Of a DNA stretch of 64,000 nt, positions 36,603 to 47,424 are shown in pieces (position 1 is the stretch's first letter; each line of letters opens with the position of its first letter). The stretch lies in IMG/VR virus record IMGVR_UViG_2814123177_000001. One strand, 5' to 3'. The notes under the pieces were generated by a model, which was not told the DNA's origin, did not search any database, and saw nothing but the letters and a program-made list of their open reading frames with translations. Made by a program: the position numbers and the translations under genes. The stretch is from an uncultured virus (IMG/VR IMGVR_UViG_2814123177_000001). Lineage: Duplodnaviria > Heunggongvirae > Uroviricota > Caudoviricetes.

Positions 36603-37871
36603 TTAATTTAGGTACGTGATAAGTCGCTTGCCTATTGCGCTTATTACGTTGACCGTGACGGCATTGCCCGCCTGTTTATACAATTGGCTATTCGAAATGC
36701 CACCTTCGACTAGCTTATCGAACTCGCTATCCGGAAAGCCTTGCAGGCGGAAACATTCGCGCGGAGTTAGCTTGCGGATGCGGTAGTGTGGTGCGCTCGT
36801 TATTCGGTTGCCTTCGCCCTTGTTTGTTGTAAGGGTCGGCGCTAATCCCGCGTCTATATCGTAAACTTGCCCGTTCATTCCGCTGCCAGACGGATTGGTG
36901 TTTCCGATAGATTTTACGCTAACCTCTTCCGCACCGAGCATTTGCGGTTCGACCACGCCTTGATTAATTCCGCGCTTTGTTGCTTCCCTGATAGGTAAGC
37001 CCTCTATAATGCCGTGTCTATCCTTGACAGTCAGAGCGCTCATAGGCTCATCATTGGATTTTATACGAGTTCCATTCTGATTTTTAGTAACTATTTCAGG
37101 TGAACAAATCGCATTAATATCCTTATCCTCTCTTTTTTCTAGGACTTCGATTTCTCTACCGCGCAATTTAGCCACTAGTTTCGCTGTCTTCTCTTCGCTC
37201 AAATAATACTTTTCATCGACGTTATCCTCGAGTATATCTCGCAATCTAGTCGTTACTTCTTCCTGCGCTGGCCAATCGAAATTAAACGTCTTAACGCCTT
37301 CTATTTCGCTTATTCTTTTCTTTCCTTTCGCTACAACGTTCGACCCTTCGATTTGCCACGGTTGGTGTTCGATTAAATCGTCCCTTACTGCGATGATAAA
37401 GATACGCTCGCGATTCTGTGGGACACCGAAGTATTTCGAATTCAGCACGTTAAAATCAACGGTGTAGCCGATATCAGCCAACGTTTGAATAATCGTATCT
37501 AGCGTTTTGCCTTTATCGTGCGATATAAGACCTTTCACGTTTTCGAGCAGTAGCGCTTTTGGTCGCTTCACTTTCGCAATACGTGCGATTTCGAAGAATA
37601 ACGTTCCGCGAGTGTCATCGAATCCTAATCGCTTACCCGCAACGCTGAATGCTTGGCAAGGAAACCCGCCGACTAATAAATCGTGATCCGGCACATCTTC
37701 CGGAGCGATCTTCGTAACGTCACCGACTGTTGGGTGTCCGTATAATATTTCGTACGATTGATTCGCATATTTATCTATTTCGGAAGCCATTACGCAAGTG
37801 CCACCGAGTTTATTTAACGCTTGCTCAAACCCGCCTATGCCGGAAAATAAAGATACATAATTAAACGTCAT
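36603..37871 (-). CDS. DNA (cytosine-5) methyltransferase, probably multispecific
   Basis: LFSGIGG, GFPCQ, ENVKG, PQNRER, RLQGF, GNAV; several TRD-like modules. Confidence 0.92.
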   Translation of the reverse strand: MTFNYVSLFSGIGGFEQALNKLGGTCVMASEIDKYANQSYEILYGHPTVGDVTKIAPEDVPDHDLLVGGFPCQAFSVAGKRLGFDDTRGTLFFEIARIAKVKRPKALLLENVKGLISHDKGKTLDTIIQTLADIGYTVDFNVLNSKYFGVPQNRERIFIIAVRDDLIEHQPWQIEGSNVVAKGKKRISEIEGVKTFNFDWPAQEEVTTRLRDILEDNVDEKYYLSEEKTAKLVAKLRGREIEVLEKREDKDINAICSPEIVTKNQNGTRIKSNDEPMSALTVKDRHGIIEGLPIREATKRGINQGVVEPQMLGAEEVSVKSIGNTNPSGSGMNGQVYDIDAGLAPTLTTNKGEGNRITSAPHYRIRKLTPRECFRLQGFPDSEFDKLVEGGISNSQLYKQAGNAVTVNVISAIGKRLITYLN

Positions 37872-38420
37872 TCAATCCGCCCCTCTCAATTCGCTCATCA
37901 TCGCGTCAACTTTCGCGTGTAATTCGTAGATAGTCCCATCGTTAACTATTTCGTAATCAACCGCAAACCCTGCGACGTGCTGCTCGGTATCATGCGCCAA
38001 GTCCTTTGCGTCAAATTGGTCGCCAGCAGCTTTCGCCCGTGCCAAGCGTAGTTCAGCCGGCGCTGTTACCCTTACGATAATCCAGCCGTTTGCTCGCGCC
38101 CATTCATATTCGTTCGGCTGGCGCAAGTCCGTAATCAGCACGCCGTCGGGTCGTTTCACGCGTTCGTAAAACCCTAACATCCGCTCGGCATGGCGTATCC
38201 ATATATCTTCGCCGAATTGTTCGCGGGCAAGCTGACCGAATTGCTGATAGCCGGCGCGCGGTTTCGGGTCGGTCGGCACCCACGGCAGCAATTCGTGGTA
38301 GAGTCGTTTGAGCGCGTCGCCGAACGCCAGCTTTTCGAAATAGTCATGCGTATGGTAAATGCGATTGGCTACTTCGTCCTTGCCGGCGCGTAGCTGACCG
38401 CAGATGGCAATTTTAATCAT
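37872..38420 (-). CDS. Deoxynucleotide monophosphate kinase
   Basis: GQLRAGKD, AFGDALK, ITDLRQPNE. Confidence 0.8.
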   Translation of the reverse strand: MIKIAICGQLRAGKDEVANRIYHTHDYFEKLAFGDALKRLYHELLPWVPTDPKPRAGYQQFGQLAREQFGEDIWIRHAERMLGFYERVKRPDGVLITDLRQPNEYEWARANGWIIVRVTAPAELRLARAKAAGDQFDAKDLAHDTEQHVAGFAVDYEIVNDGTIYELHAKVDAMMSELRGAD

Positions 38421-38862
38421 TGGCGCCAACTCCTAACGCTTTGATGATTTCGGCAACTTGTTTCGCTGTGAACTTTTCGCCCGAACGATTTGCTACGTCG
38501 CGAAATAGTGCGTTATATTGGCTGACGCGTTGTTCCAATTTGGTCACTCGGCGCGCAAGGTTTCCGAGTAATTCGATTATTTGGTCGGGATTGTCTGCGC
38601 TTGCTGTTACGAATTCTTCTTCTTCGGGCTCGATCGGTTCTAGTACGCGATATTCGTCGTGTAAAATCCCCGCCAAATCTCCATCATCATCTATTACATC
38701 AAGAAAACTATCGTAATCATTATTAATTACTTTATATATATTACCTATGGTAAATGAAGCTTCTCCTGCATTTTCTAGATTAGTAATGATGACATTTTCA
38801 CCGACTTTCGCTTCTCGCTCAACCTCAACGTATTGCTTTCCGTCAATTGTGTGTACCTTCAT
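38413..38862 (-). CDS. Hypothetical phage protein (EAKVGE domain)
   Basis: Shares an N-terminal motif with the 61370 and 62122 ORFs. Confidence 0.6.
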   Translation of the reverse strand: MKVHTIDGKQYVEVEREAKVGENVIITNLENAGEASFTIGNIYKVINNDYDSFLDVIDDDGDLAGILHDEYRVLEPIEPEEEEFVTASADNPDQIIELLGNLARRVTKLEQRVSQYNALFRDVANRSGEKFTAKQVAEIIKALGVGAND

Positions 38863-38863
38863 A

Positions 38864-39121
38864 TTAAACTGCCACCTTTCGTAGTTTATAGGTAGTGTGT
38901 TTTGTCATAAAAATAATGACACTATCTTTTTCTAGGTATTCAATATCTTCCACGCGAGAAGTTACTATCGATTTGGTATGATCGTTTTCATGCACCAAAA
39001 CAGCACTTGCATTGTGTTGAATCAGTGCCGGGATTACACGTCTACCTATTCGCATTAAATCGGCGTCTATCTCACCGGCTTTTCGCTCAATCGATTCGAT
39101 TACATACACGTTTTGTGTCAT
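38864..39121 (-). CDS. Hypothetical phage protein
   Basis: Tight packing within the operon. Confidence 0.55.
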   Translation of the reverse strand: MTQNVYVIESIERKAGEIDADLMRIGRRVIPALIQHNASAVLVHENDHTKSIVTSRVEDIEYLEKDSVIIFMTKHTTYKLRKVAV

Positions 39122-39122
39122 A

Positions 39123-39911
39123 TTACTTCGCCTCGCTTTCGAAGAATTGTGCCGTCCACGGTTCAACGGCTGTTACCGCGTTCTTTAATTCCGTTGCTAA
39201 GTCCGCTATTTCTTTCTGCGCACCGTTGCCCGGCTTACGTTTCGAATAGAATTCGAGCAGTCCGCGAAGGTTAGCCGTCATTACTAGATTCGTAGCTGCT
39301 GCGTTAGGTAGGACTGCGCGTGCATCTTCCGCTGGAACGCCGGAACTCCTTAAAGCATCATAATATTCTTGCGCAGATATCATCGCAGTTTCGAATATTT
39401 CTTCGGCACTATGGTCAGTTACTCTCGATTCAGCAACGTTATAAAATGGCGTTTCCTTTTCGTTCTTTTTAACAGTATCCGGAATTACGTAACTCATTCC
39501 ACCACTCCGATCGCCCGACCCGAATCGAACATAACGCTGTGACTGAACGCTAAAGGAGAAGCCGACACGATGGCGTGTTAACTGCGCGAGCAACGCACGG
39601 CTCACGCCTTCTATTGCGAATGTGAACGATAAGTGCTCCAATGTTGACGTGTGCCCGCTGCTAACAATCATGCGGAATAGTCGGTCGGCTTCCGTGCCAG
39701 CTTTACCGTCGGTTGCCTTTGCGCCAAAGTATTTCGCTCCTTCCTTCGCAACTATTTCGCTAGGAAGTCCCGGCGAGTAACACGTACGTATTGCGGTAAG
39801 GGCAATCGCTTGACCATCGGAAGGTAAGATTGTTGTTCGTGTCTCATCGGATAGAAGGTAATCACAAAAACTCTCGCTTAATTGCGTATGTGCCAATAAT
39901 TTAACGTTCAT
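39123..39911 (-). CDS. thyX: Flavin-dependent thymidylate synthase
   Basis: GHTSTLEH, QLTRHR-x8-SQRY, EDARAVLP, AQKEI. Confidence 0.92.
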   Translation of the reverse strand: MNVKLLAHTQLSESFCDYLLSDETRTTILPSDGQAIALTAIRTCYSPGLPSEIVAKEGAKYFGAKATDGKAGTEADRLFRMIVSSGHTSTLEHLSFTFAIEGVSRALLAQLTRHRVGFSFSVQSQRYVRFGSGDRSGGMSYVIPDTVKKNEKETPFYNVAESRVTDHSAEEIFETAMISAQEYYDALRSSGVPAEDARAVLPNAAATNLVMTANLRGLLEFYSKRKPGNGAQKEIADLATELKNAVTAVEPWTAQFFESEAK

Positions 39912-40103
39912 TTATTCGCCCTCCAATATTAGTATTTCGCCAAGTTTCTTACTGATTTTGTTAAGTTGCGTTCGTCTCTTTGCGATTTCCCTATCGAGTA
40001 AATTAGCGATATCTTCTTCGGTACTAAACTTTCGAACTTCCTCTAACGCTTTCCATTCGGATTTAAGAGTCGCATATAAATACGCTAATTCCCTTGCGGT
40101 CAT
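39912..40103 (-). CDS. Hypothetical protein
   Basis: Abuts neighbours in the operon. Confidence 0.55.
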   Translation of the reverse strand: MTARELAYLYATLKSEWKALEEVRKFSTEEDIANLLDREIAKRRTQLNKISKKLGEILILEGE

Positions 40104-40568
40104 TTATTCCGCCTCCTGCTCTTCAATATAAATCGTCGTTTCCGTATGATAGTCGGATAGTTTGCGAGATTCCTTCCGCAACCCTTTTGCCTGTCGTTCA
40201 ATTTCCGCTTGCAGTAACGGTTCAGGTCGAACGAACGTTGGCGGCTTTATGATTTTTCCCGTTTCGGGATCCGTATGCGGTTTTCCATCCGGCCATATCT
40301 TCGACATATTAGCTTCGTGAACAATTTCGAATAGCTTTTCGGGCTTTACACCGAGCTCAACCATCGTACCTATTGCGAGATAAATTAAATCTATCATTGC
40401 GTCCGCTTGATCGACAACTTCGCTCGATTCCATAAACTCTGTCAATTCTTCCGCCATATACGCGTATCTATCCTTTTGTCTTGAACGGTTCATAACGGTC
40501 GGCTTATCCGCTACCGGTTGCCCCATTTTCGATTGAAATTCGCGTACCATTTCGTATTGTTTATTCAT
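40104..40568 (-). CDS. MazG-like all-alpha NTP pyrophosphatase
   Basis: EELTEF, DAMIDLIY, VHEANMSK, GKIIKP. Confidence 0.8.
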   Translation of the reverse strand: MNKQYEMVREFQSKMGQPVADKPTVMNRSRQKDRYAYMAEELTEFMESSEVVDQADAMIDLIYLAIGTMVELGVKPEKLFEIVHEANMSKIWPDGKPHTDPETGKIIKPPTFVRPEPLLQAEIERQAKGLRKESRKLSDYHTETTIYIEEQEAE

Positions 40569-40592
40569 TCGTTTGCCTCCTTTTATTGTGTT

Positions 40593-40880
40593 TCATCGTA
40601 CCGACTCCTTTCGGTCCAGGCGTTCCATGATGGCGAGTATTTCCGTGGCGCCTTCCGGTTTGTTGCGTTTAACCCATAAGCGCAATTCGTTCCAACGTAG
40701 CGCATGATTTTCGGCGCGAATATGGTCGGCATCGCGTTTCCAATAATCGGCAACCTCGCGAACTTTACTGTAGATGTCATGGCGCGATTTATCCGAAAGG
40801 TGGATCGATTCGTTCGTTTGAACGTGATAGACGATTAGGGACGCGGCGTGCTCGATGCGTTGGTCCTGCGCCCTTACCAT
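40593..40880 (-). CDS. Hypothetical protein
   Basis: ATG overlaps the end of phoH. Confidence 0.45.
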   Translation of the reverse strand: MVRAQDQRIEHAASLIVYHVQTNESIHLSDKSRHDIYSKVREVADYWKRDADHIRAENHALRWNELRLWVKRNKPEGATEILAIMERLDRKESVR

Positions 40881-41527
40881 GTTAAATCGTCTGCTTTCTG
40901 CGCTAATTTGCCGCGGAAGTTCTTCGTAAGTTCGACCGTTTTGCAATACGGTTCGTCGGCGAAGTGATTAATATACGGTACAAATCCGCTTTTCTTCGGA
41001 TCGGGCAAATCGCATTGGCCATCATGACCGATCATAATAACGTTGCAACTATCGTGTATGCGCGTTAGTAATTTCTTTAATTCGCCGCGTGTAAAGTTTT
41101 GGCATTCGTCTATAATTACCGTATATTCTTCCATGTTCGTGCCGCGAGCGAATATATGCGATTTCGGATAAACCCAAACGTGCCCTGCTTTGAGCGCGTC
41201 CGGGTTATCTTCGCTATACATTACTTTCGAAGGGTTCTCGTTGATTTTCAGCAACGCATCGACTAACGGCTGGTAATATTCGTTTTCCTTTTCCGCTTGC
41301 TTGCCAGGTCGGTAGCCCATCGCCTTTTCTTGCACCGGCGCGAATACGTATACTAAAGGCTTGCCGATTAACTTAGCGCATGCAACTGCTAACGTTGTCT
41401 TGCCGGTACCACTTTTCGCATTAACTATCGTAAGTTGATTATCGAAAATTGAGTCGACGTAAATGCGTTGTTCGTCCGTTAATTTATTCGCGAATCCAAA
41501 TAGCATATTATCTTTCGGCAATGGCAT
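40874..41527 (-). CDS. phoH: PhoH-like ATPase
   Basis: SGTGKT, RGTN, IIDECQN, LLTRI, GHDGQCD. Confidence 0.88.
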   Translation of the reverse strand: MPLPKDNMLFGFANKLTDEQRIYVDSIFDNQLTIVNAKSGTGKTTLAVACAKLIGKPLVYVFAPVQEKAMGYRPGKQAEKENEYYQPLVDALLKINENPSKVMYSEDNPDALKAGHVWVYPKSHIFARGTNMEEYTVIIDECQNFTRGELKKLLTRIHDSCNVIMIGHDGQCDLPDPKKSGFVPYINHFADEPYCKTVELTKNFRGKLAQKADDLTW

Positions 41528-41555
41528 GATAAGATCGCTCCCTTTATCCGTTTAT

Positions 41556-41685
41556 TTATAATAAGTGCGGTCGGTCGTTGTCGCGCAGTTTATAACCTGT
41601 TTGATTAATAATACCCGCGCCACTTTAATGTCGCGCAACGATTCGCTTATACTAGGTGATACAATTTACGGCGGTCCTTCGCACA
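41556..41685 (-). promoter_or_regulatory. Tandem putative phage-sigma promoters TGYGCGA-N17-TAT
   Basis: Copies at 41556-41587, 41606-41637 and a weaker one at 41654-41685; same motif at 53820-53851. Confidence 0.6.
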
Positions 41686-41686
41686 T

Positions 41687-42664
41687 TTATGCGTCAGCAA
41701 AATCGAAATCGTCATCCGATAAGTGCTCGACCTTTGTCGCTTTGACATAGCCGTTTCCTTTTACGCTAAAGAAATCGTGATTCTTCGTGTCGGTTTTCAA
41801 GCCGTTTTCCACTATCGGATTAATTGGCTCGCTCTCAAACGCAGGCGCAACTCCGAGACACATGCACGCTTTATTTGCGTTGTAGCGAATGAAGCGATTA
41901 ACTTCGTCGACTAAGCCGATGTCCGCGTAAAGGTCATGCGTATATTCCAATTCGTTGTTGTATAATTTCGTTAGCAATTCGGCGCGTTCTTGTTCCACTG
42001 CGTCTTGTACGTCCGGCGGCAACTGTGCGAATAGTTCCTGCGCAAGTAAGCCGACATATACGCCGTGTATCGATTCATCGCGTAAGATTAAGTTAATCAC
42101 CTCGCCCGACGCCGTTAGCTTTCCTTGACCGGCAAGATACAACGGATAAAAGAATCCGGAGTAGAAAAGGAACGATTCAAGATAAACGGAAGCGACCATC
42201 GCCATATATAAATCGGACTTGCTAATCGTTGGCTTGAACAGGCGCATGTAGTAATCGCTGACGATTTTTCCTTTGCGTTGCAATTGCGGGTGATTATGCA
42301 CCCACTCGAACACCTCGTCGATTTCTGCGTCGGTTGCAAGCGTTGTGAATATCGTCGAGTAGGACTTCGCATGTATTTGCTCCATCGCCCCCATGAACGC
42401 TAACACTCCTTTGCGTTGTAGCCCTTCGACGTGCATTGCGATTAACGGCATGCCCTCGCCGCCTTGTTCCGTGTCGAGCAGCGTTAGGCCGCCGAGCACT
42501 TTTTTATACGTTTCTTTTTCCGCTGGCGTTAATTCCGCCCACGTATTTTTGTCGGCGCTAATGCTGATTTCTTCCGGCAGCCAAAACTGGCGTGTGTTCT
42601 GCGTATAAAACATTTGCGTAAAGTCGTCTTCGTGTAAATTCCAATTAACGGCTAATTTAGTCAA
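41687..42664 (-). CDS. nrdF: Class Ib ribonucleotide reductase beta subunit
   Basis: [44 protein letters not shown] start. Confidence 0.93.
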   Translation of the reverse strand: MTKLAVNWNLHEDDFTQMFYTQNTRQFWLPEEISISADKNTWAELTPAEKETYKKVLGGLTLLDTEQGGEGMPLIAMHVEGLQRKGVLAFMGAMEQIHAKSYSTIFTTLATDAEIDEVFEWVHNHPQLQRKGKIVSDYYMRLFKPTISKSDLYMAMVASVYLESFLFYSGFFYPLYLAGQGKLTASGEVINLILRDESIHGVYVGLLAQELFAQLPPDVQDAVEQERAELLTKLYNNELEYTHDLYADIGLVDEVNRFIRYNANKACMCLGVAPAFESEPINPIVENGLKTDTKNHDFFSVKGNGYVKATKVEHLSDDDFDFADA

Positions 42665-42683
42665 TCCGTTCCCTCCTTTTCGT

Positions 42684-44774
42684 TTAAACCGCGCATGACG
42701 TACAATCCTCAATCGCAAGGTTTCTCGTTCGCGTGTAGTAAAGACCTTTCAATCCGATTTTGTCGGCGTAAATGTAATATCGTGCAATATCTTTCGTCGA
42801 CGCATCCGCATTAACGAATAGAATCGTCGAGATACCTTGGTCGATATGCTCCTGCGCTGCTGCGAATAAATCCATCACGCGGAATTGATTCATGTCGAAC
42901 GCCGATTTATAAAACCACATATTCGTTTCGTCCATAAACGGCATTGGATAATACGTTGTGCTATTTGCGTATGTGCGTGATTCGATTTGATTAACGATAG
43001 GCGCAATCGAAGCTGTGGCGTTTTGAATATAGCCGATTGATTGTGTCGGTGCGATCGCAAGTCTATATGCGTTATATAAGCCGTGCTCTTTTACTTGCGT
43101 TGCTAATTGCGCCCAATCTTCGCGTGTTGGTACGTAAATTCCCTCGAATAATGCTTGCGCCTTTTCCGTTTTCGGCGCGTAGTCATTTTGCGTATACTTT
43201 TCGAAGTAAGTGCCTTTCGCATATTCGGACTTATCGAAGTCTTTGAACGTTTCGCCTCGCTCTTTCGCAATTAGCATCGATTTTTCCAGCGAGTAATAAT
43301 TCATCATCATGAAGAACGTTCGCACAAAGTCGCGTGCTTCGGCGGACTCATAGGCGATTTTATTTTTCGCAAGGTAGCCGTGCAGGTTCATTGCGCCAAG
43401 ACCAACCGCATGCAACTCCTCGTTCGCCTTCTTGACCGACGGCGCGTTCTGTACTCGTGAAATGTCCGAAACGGTCGTCAGCGCTTCGATGCCTACGTGA
43501 ACGGAATCGCGGAAAGTGTTGCCGGGCTTCATTACGTTTGGAATATTCAGCGAGCCGAGATTGCAGTTGATATCGCGACGAATAACGTCATCGACGCCGT
43601 AATCGTTTATTTCCGACGTTTCCTGTAGCTGGTATATTTCGGTGCAAAGGTTACTCATTTTAATCTGACCGATGTCTTTCAACGCATGCGCTTCGTTCGC
43701 ATTCGATTTATTCATAAAATACGGATAGCCCGATTCGAGCTGTATTTGCGCAATCTTTACGAGTAGTTCGCGCGCAGTCATTAATACGCGTTTCTTTACG
43801 TTCGGATTGGCGACTAACTCTTCGTACATATCGTCCATTCGCATATCGTCCATGTGTACGCCGTATTCTTTGTATACGCTATATGGAGCGAATACGTATA
43901 AGTCTTTGTCGGCGCGTGCTAATTCGAATAATTTATGCTCGACAATTAACCCGATCGATAGCGTTTGAATGCGCGATTTCTCGTCCGCGTTAATTTTCTT
44001 CGTATCGAGGAATTCGCTAACGTCCCAGTGGAAAACGTTAAGGTAAACTGCGCCTGCCCCTTTTCGCTGCCCTAATTGATTCGCATAGGAAAACGTATCT
44101 TCGAGCAGTTTCATGACCGGCACGACGCCCGACGCCGCATTGTCGATGCCTTTTATTTGCTCGTTACGTGCGCGTAATTTCGAAAGGTTTAATGCCACGC
44201 CTCCGCCTATTTTCGAAAGCTGGCCAGCAGTATTGATATTATGGAATATCGAATTAAGCGAATCGTCCATTTCGAGCAGGAAGCACGAAACCATTTCGCC
44301 TCGTCGACTGCGCCCTGCGTTTAAGAACGTTGGCGTTGCCGGCTGGTATCGCTGTTCCATCATTGCGCGAATATACAAAATTGCTTTATCGACGTTGCCT
44401 TGCGCTAAGTATAACGCTACAATAACTACGTGTTCTGCATACGATTCGAGGTATTGCTTTTTATCGTCCGTTTTAAGTGCGTAGTCTTTATAAAACTTCG
44501 AAACTGCCATGTACGATTGAAATTCGAAATTGTACTGATACGCTAACCAATGCGCCTTTATTAGAAACGACTCTTCGTACTGTTTAAATACATCGTAGTA
44601 AAAATCGTTATCTACTAAATACCGTAGTCGCTCGATTGGGTCCGCAAACTTCACCGTGCGTTCTTCTACTTCGCGCATGAATTCCGCCACTGCCTCGCGA
44701 TCCTTTTCCAGCCGGTAAAATCCGTTATCCTTACGCTGTGTTATTTCGTTATTTAACTCGATATGTCTCGTCAA
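42684..44774 (-). CDS. nrdE: Class Ib ribonucleotide reductase alpha subunit
   Basis: [32 protein letters not shown]-terminal CTSC. Confidence 0.95.
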   Translation of the reverse strand: MTRHIELNNEITQRKDNGFYRLEKDREAVAEFMREVEERTVKFADPIERLRYLVDNDFYYDVFKQYEESFLIKAHWLAYQYNFEFQSYMAVSKFYKDYALKTDDKKQYLESYAEHVVIVALYLAQGNVDKAILYIRAMMEQRYQPATPTFLNAGRSRRGEMVSCFLLEMDDSLNSIFHNINTAGQLSKIGGGVALNLSKLRARNEQIKGIDNAASGVVPVMKLLEDTFSYANQLGQRKGAGAVYLNVFHWDVSEFLDTKKINADEKSRIQTLSIGLIVEHKLFELARADKDLYVFAPYSVYKEYGVHMDDMRMDDMYEELVANPNVKKRVLMTARELLVKIAQIQLESGYPYFMNKSNANEAHALKDIGQIKMSNLCTEIYQLQETSEINDYGVDDVIRRDINCNLGSLNIPNVMKPGNTFRDSVHVGIEALTTVSDISRVQNAPSVKKANEELHAVGLGAMNLHGYLAKNKIAYESAEARDFVRTFFMMMNYYSLEKSMLIAKERGETFKDFDKSEYAKGTYFEKYTQNDYAPKTEKAQALFEGIYVPTREDWAQLATQVKEHGLYNAYRLAIAPTQSIGYIQNATASIAPIVNQIESRTYANSTTYYPMPFMDETNMWFYKSAFDMNQFRVMDLFAAAQEHIDQGISTILFVNADASTKDIARYYIYADKIGLKGLYYTRTRNLAIEDCTSCAV

Positions 44775-45120
44775 TACATCGCACCCTTTCCGTAAAATAT
44801 TTCGTATCCTCTTCCGTGCCCGACAATTCGAATTTAAGTATGATTGGCACGTTATATTGTTCGCTGATTAAATCGGATGCCCTCGCAAAGTTGGCGCCCC
44901 AGTTACGATTTCCGCTGCTCGCAACCGCAATTAAATGGCGGTGGTTATTGCGTAGGAAGGCGGATACTGGCGCAGGCACTTCGCCGAATCCGAGCGTATT
45001 CGTAACGAGGACGAACGGCTCGGCTGCGATAGTGCTTGCGGTGAGTAGTTCCGCGTCAAGTTGGCAGTTTGCGAGAAACCGACGAATGTTGCCGGCGATA
45101 GAATAGTAGTATATTTTCAT
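44749..45120 (-). CDS. nrdI: NrdI flavodoxin
   Basis: YYSIAGNIRRF, SGNRNWG, KFELSG. Confidence 0.92.
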   Translation of the reverse strand: MKIYYYSIAGNIRRFLANCQLDAELLTASTIAAEPFVLVTNTLGFGEVPAPVSAFLRNNHRHLIAVASSGNRNWGANFARASDLISEQYNVPIILKFELSGTEEDTKYFTERVRCIDETYRVK

Positions 45121-45390
45121 TGCGACTGCCTCAATTCTGCGATTGCCCTTTCGACGGTGGCTCGGCGAGCGATTAAGTCCGCCCTTTTTTCGTCGACGCG
45201 TTTAATGCGGTAGTTTATGTCTGCTAGTTCGCGTAGGTTAGCTTCGAGTAACTGTTTGTTTAGGTTCATTCGCCTTTCTCCTCGATTTCCTTTTTCGCAA
45301 CATATTTACCGAGATAGAACGCGGTGAAAATTGCCGCCATGTATATAACCACCGACAAAATATTTTCCCACAGGAACATACGAATCACTC

Positions 45391-45723
45391 CTATCGCAAT
45401 TTACTTTCGTCGTAACTATCGAATACTATCTTAGCTGGACAACTCTGCATTTTTCCGTCCTTGAAATATTTAACCCATAAATCGCCGGACTCTTCGCCTT
45501 CACCTCTCAGCGTGAACAATACTCCCGGAAATTCCTTCGAAACTTCTTTCATATCCGTTTCATGATCGTACCACTTATAGCCATCCCAAGAGTTTCCATC
45601 CGCGTCGAAAAGACAATCAAACGTTTCACTATACGAGTTAATTTCCTTTTTGAGTAATTCTTCCATTACTTCCGGAACGTCTGTTTCTAATTCGAATCGT
45701 GTATAATAGCCCATTCCGCTCAC
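45391..45723 (-). CDS. Hypothetical phage protein
   Basis: MGYYT...KWYDHETDM...GEGEESGDLW. Confidence 0.65.
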   Translation of the reverse strand: MSGMGYYTRFELETDVPEVMEELLKKEINSYSETFDCLFDADGNSWDGYKWYDHETDMKEVSKEFPGVLFTLRGEGEESGDLWVKYFKDGKMQSCPAKIVFDSYDESKLR

Positions 45724-46214
45724 TCCTTCGTTATTATTTTCGAATTAATTAAATACGCCAATCCTATCGCAACAGCATCGCTTTCATCATCGCAAGCAAA
45801 TTCGCCAGTATAACCGGTCCACTCCCGCACCGCTGCAGCTACTTCGTCTTTTTCCGCCTTGCCTACGCCGACCACCGCTTTCTTAACGGCGGACTGCGAA
45901 ATAGCTGGTGTTGTAAAGTTCAAGCCGAATTTGTTCAGCGCCTGGTCGATCGCTCCCCATGCGGAGTAAACTGGATGCGCTTGTTTGCTCGTTCGCCCAA
46001 CGAAATCTTCGCGCACGATTACGTCGAATTTAGCGCCGTGTTTATGGATAAAACTGACCGCCCACGCCTCGACTATTTCAGCACGAAGACCGTGCGGTTG
46101 GCTCGCCGTTGTTTTAACGTGGCTGACTGCTAGGACTTTCGCTTTGCCGTTTTTCACTTCGAGTAAGGCAACTCCGGGCGATGACATGCTAGTGTCAAAC
46201 GCTAGGACTCTCAC
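45720..46214 (-). CDS. RuvC-like Holliday junction resolvase
   Basis: VLAFDTS, VRE, VKKAVVGVGKAEK, DESDAVAIG. Confidence 0.85.
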   Translation of the reverse strand: MRVLAFDTSMSSPGVALLEVKNGKAKVLAVSHVKTTASQPHGLRAEIVEAWAVSFIHKHGAKFDVIVREDFVGRTSKQAHPVYSAWGAIDQALNKFGLNFTTPAISQSAVKKAVVGVGKAEKDEVAAAVREWTGYTGEFACDDESDAVAIGLAYLINSKIITKE

Positions 46215-46429
46215 AACGTTTCGCCCCGAGTTTCTGCGAATAATTTATGCGCTAATTGTACCATCCCTTCTCGGATATCCTTCGGCGATGTAGTATCAAA
46301 TATATCGCGATATTGAATTAAGATTTCCTCTCGCTCTTCATCCGAAAAGCACTCTTCGTAATTAGCTTCATGTATAAGAAAGTCATCTATTGCGCTAATA
46401 ATTAATATCTTTTCTTTCAGCGTCATCAA
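46211..46429 (-). CDS. Hypothetical protein
   Basis: Coupled overlaps with both neighbours. Confidence 0.55.
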   Translation of the reverse strand: MMTLKEKILIISAIDDFLIHEANYEECFSDEEREEILIQYRDIFDTTSPKDIREGMVQLAHKLFAETRGETL

Positions 46430-47424
46430 ACCGCCTCCCCTTTCGCTCGCGTCTCTTTTATAAATTCGTAAGCGTCATAGATTTCTTCTTTATCGCTCTG
46501 ACGCATATTTGATCGTAATACTCGTTTCGTATATTCCTTCAATTCCACCATTTCTTCTTCGGAAAGGTCTTTAGCACACGCAGTCTTGAAATTATTGAAT
46601 GTCCATTTCGTTAAGTCTAGCGCCGGTGGTTGTTTCGTTTTAGCACATTCAAGTATATCAACTAGATAATCGTACAACTCCACGCGATCATCTTCCGTAA
46701 ACGAAAGTCCAAACGCTCGAATGTCCGGCGTTTTTGCGAAATCTTCATCGCTGATAAACCAGGACTTCTTCGATGCGTTAACATAGAGAATGATATAATG
46801 GTCCACGTTGTACATTTTCGAATATCCGACCGTTTGCTTAACGTGTTTAATGTCCGGCTCTTTAAGCGAAAACTCCGACGTCTTGGCTGCGCTAGTTTGC
46901 TTACTCTTTATTTCGAGCCCAATCCGCAATACTTCGCCTGTTTCCGGATCAACATAACGCATGATACCGTCCGGGGTTCCGTAAAGATAAAACTTATGCC
47001 CTCGGTGATTCACTTCCGCATTTGTTTTCGCAAAGTCCTCGAACATCGGGCGTCCTTTTGCGTCGCGCTCAAACGTAAATGATGCAGGTTTTCCGGTTAG
47101 GCGCTCGAAGTGTTTCTCGGCGAATAGCAAGTCGCGTTGGATAATGTCGCCGATAGCCGTTCCAATACGTTGCCATCTCGACTGGTATGGACGTCGTGGG
47201 AATGCGTCTTTTTTAGCGCCTAACGTTTTCATATACAATTCGCGCTTGTCGGAATTCGCAGCAGATGGCGAGAAATAAGGACGCTTCGGCCAAACGTTTT
47301 CCACTTCGGCATACCATCGATGAATCTGTGCGTCGAGTGCATTGTCGTAAACTTCGGGAAGCGAATGCCATGCGTTTAAATAATCCGTAAATTCTTTCGC
47401 GATACGTTCAATGTTAACCGTCAA
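46426..47424 (-). CDS. PD-(D/E)XK exonuclease (Cas4/RecB-like)
   Basis: FSPS, GTPDG, LEIKS, QTVGY. Confidence 0.75.
   Translation of the reverse strand: MTVNIERIAKEFTDYLNAWHSLPEVYDNALDAQIHRWYAEVENVWPKRPYFSPSAANSDKRELYMKTLGAKKDAFPRRPYQSRWQRIGTAIGDIIQRDLLFAEKHFERLTGKPASFTFERDAKGRPMFEDFAKTNAEVNHRGHKFYLYGTPDGIMRYVDPETGEVLRIGLEIKSKQTSAAKTSEFSLKEPDIKHVKQTVGYSKMYNVDHYIILYVNASKKSWFISDEDFAKTPDIRAFGLSFTEDDRVELYDYLVDILECAKTKQPPALDLTKWTFNNFKTACAKDLSEEEMVELKEYTKRVLRSNMRQSDKEEIYDAYEFIKETRAKGEAV

Noticed and set aside
41687..44774. Introns/inteins in nrdE/nrdF, or a metal-free class Ie beta subunit
   Set aside because: ORFs are uninterrupted and of normal length; the acidic and His metal ligands are present
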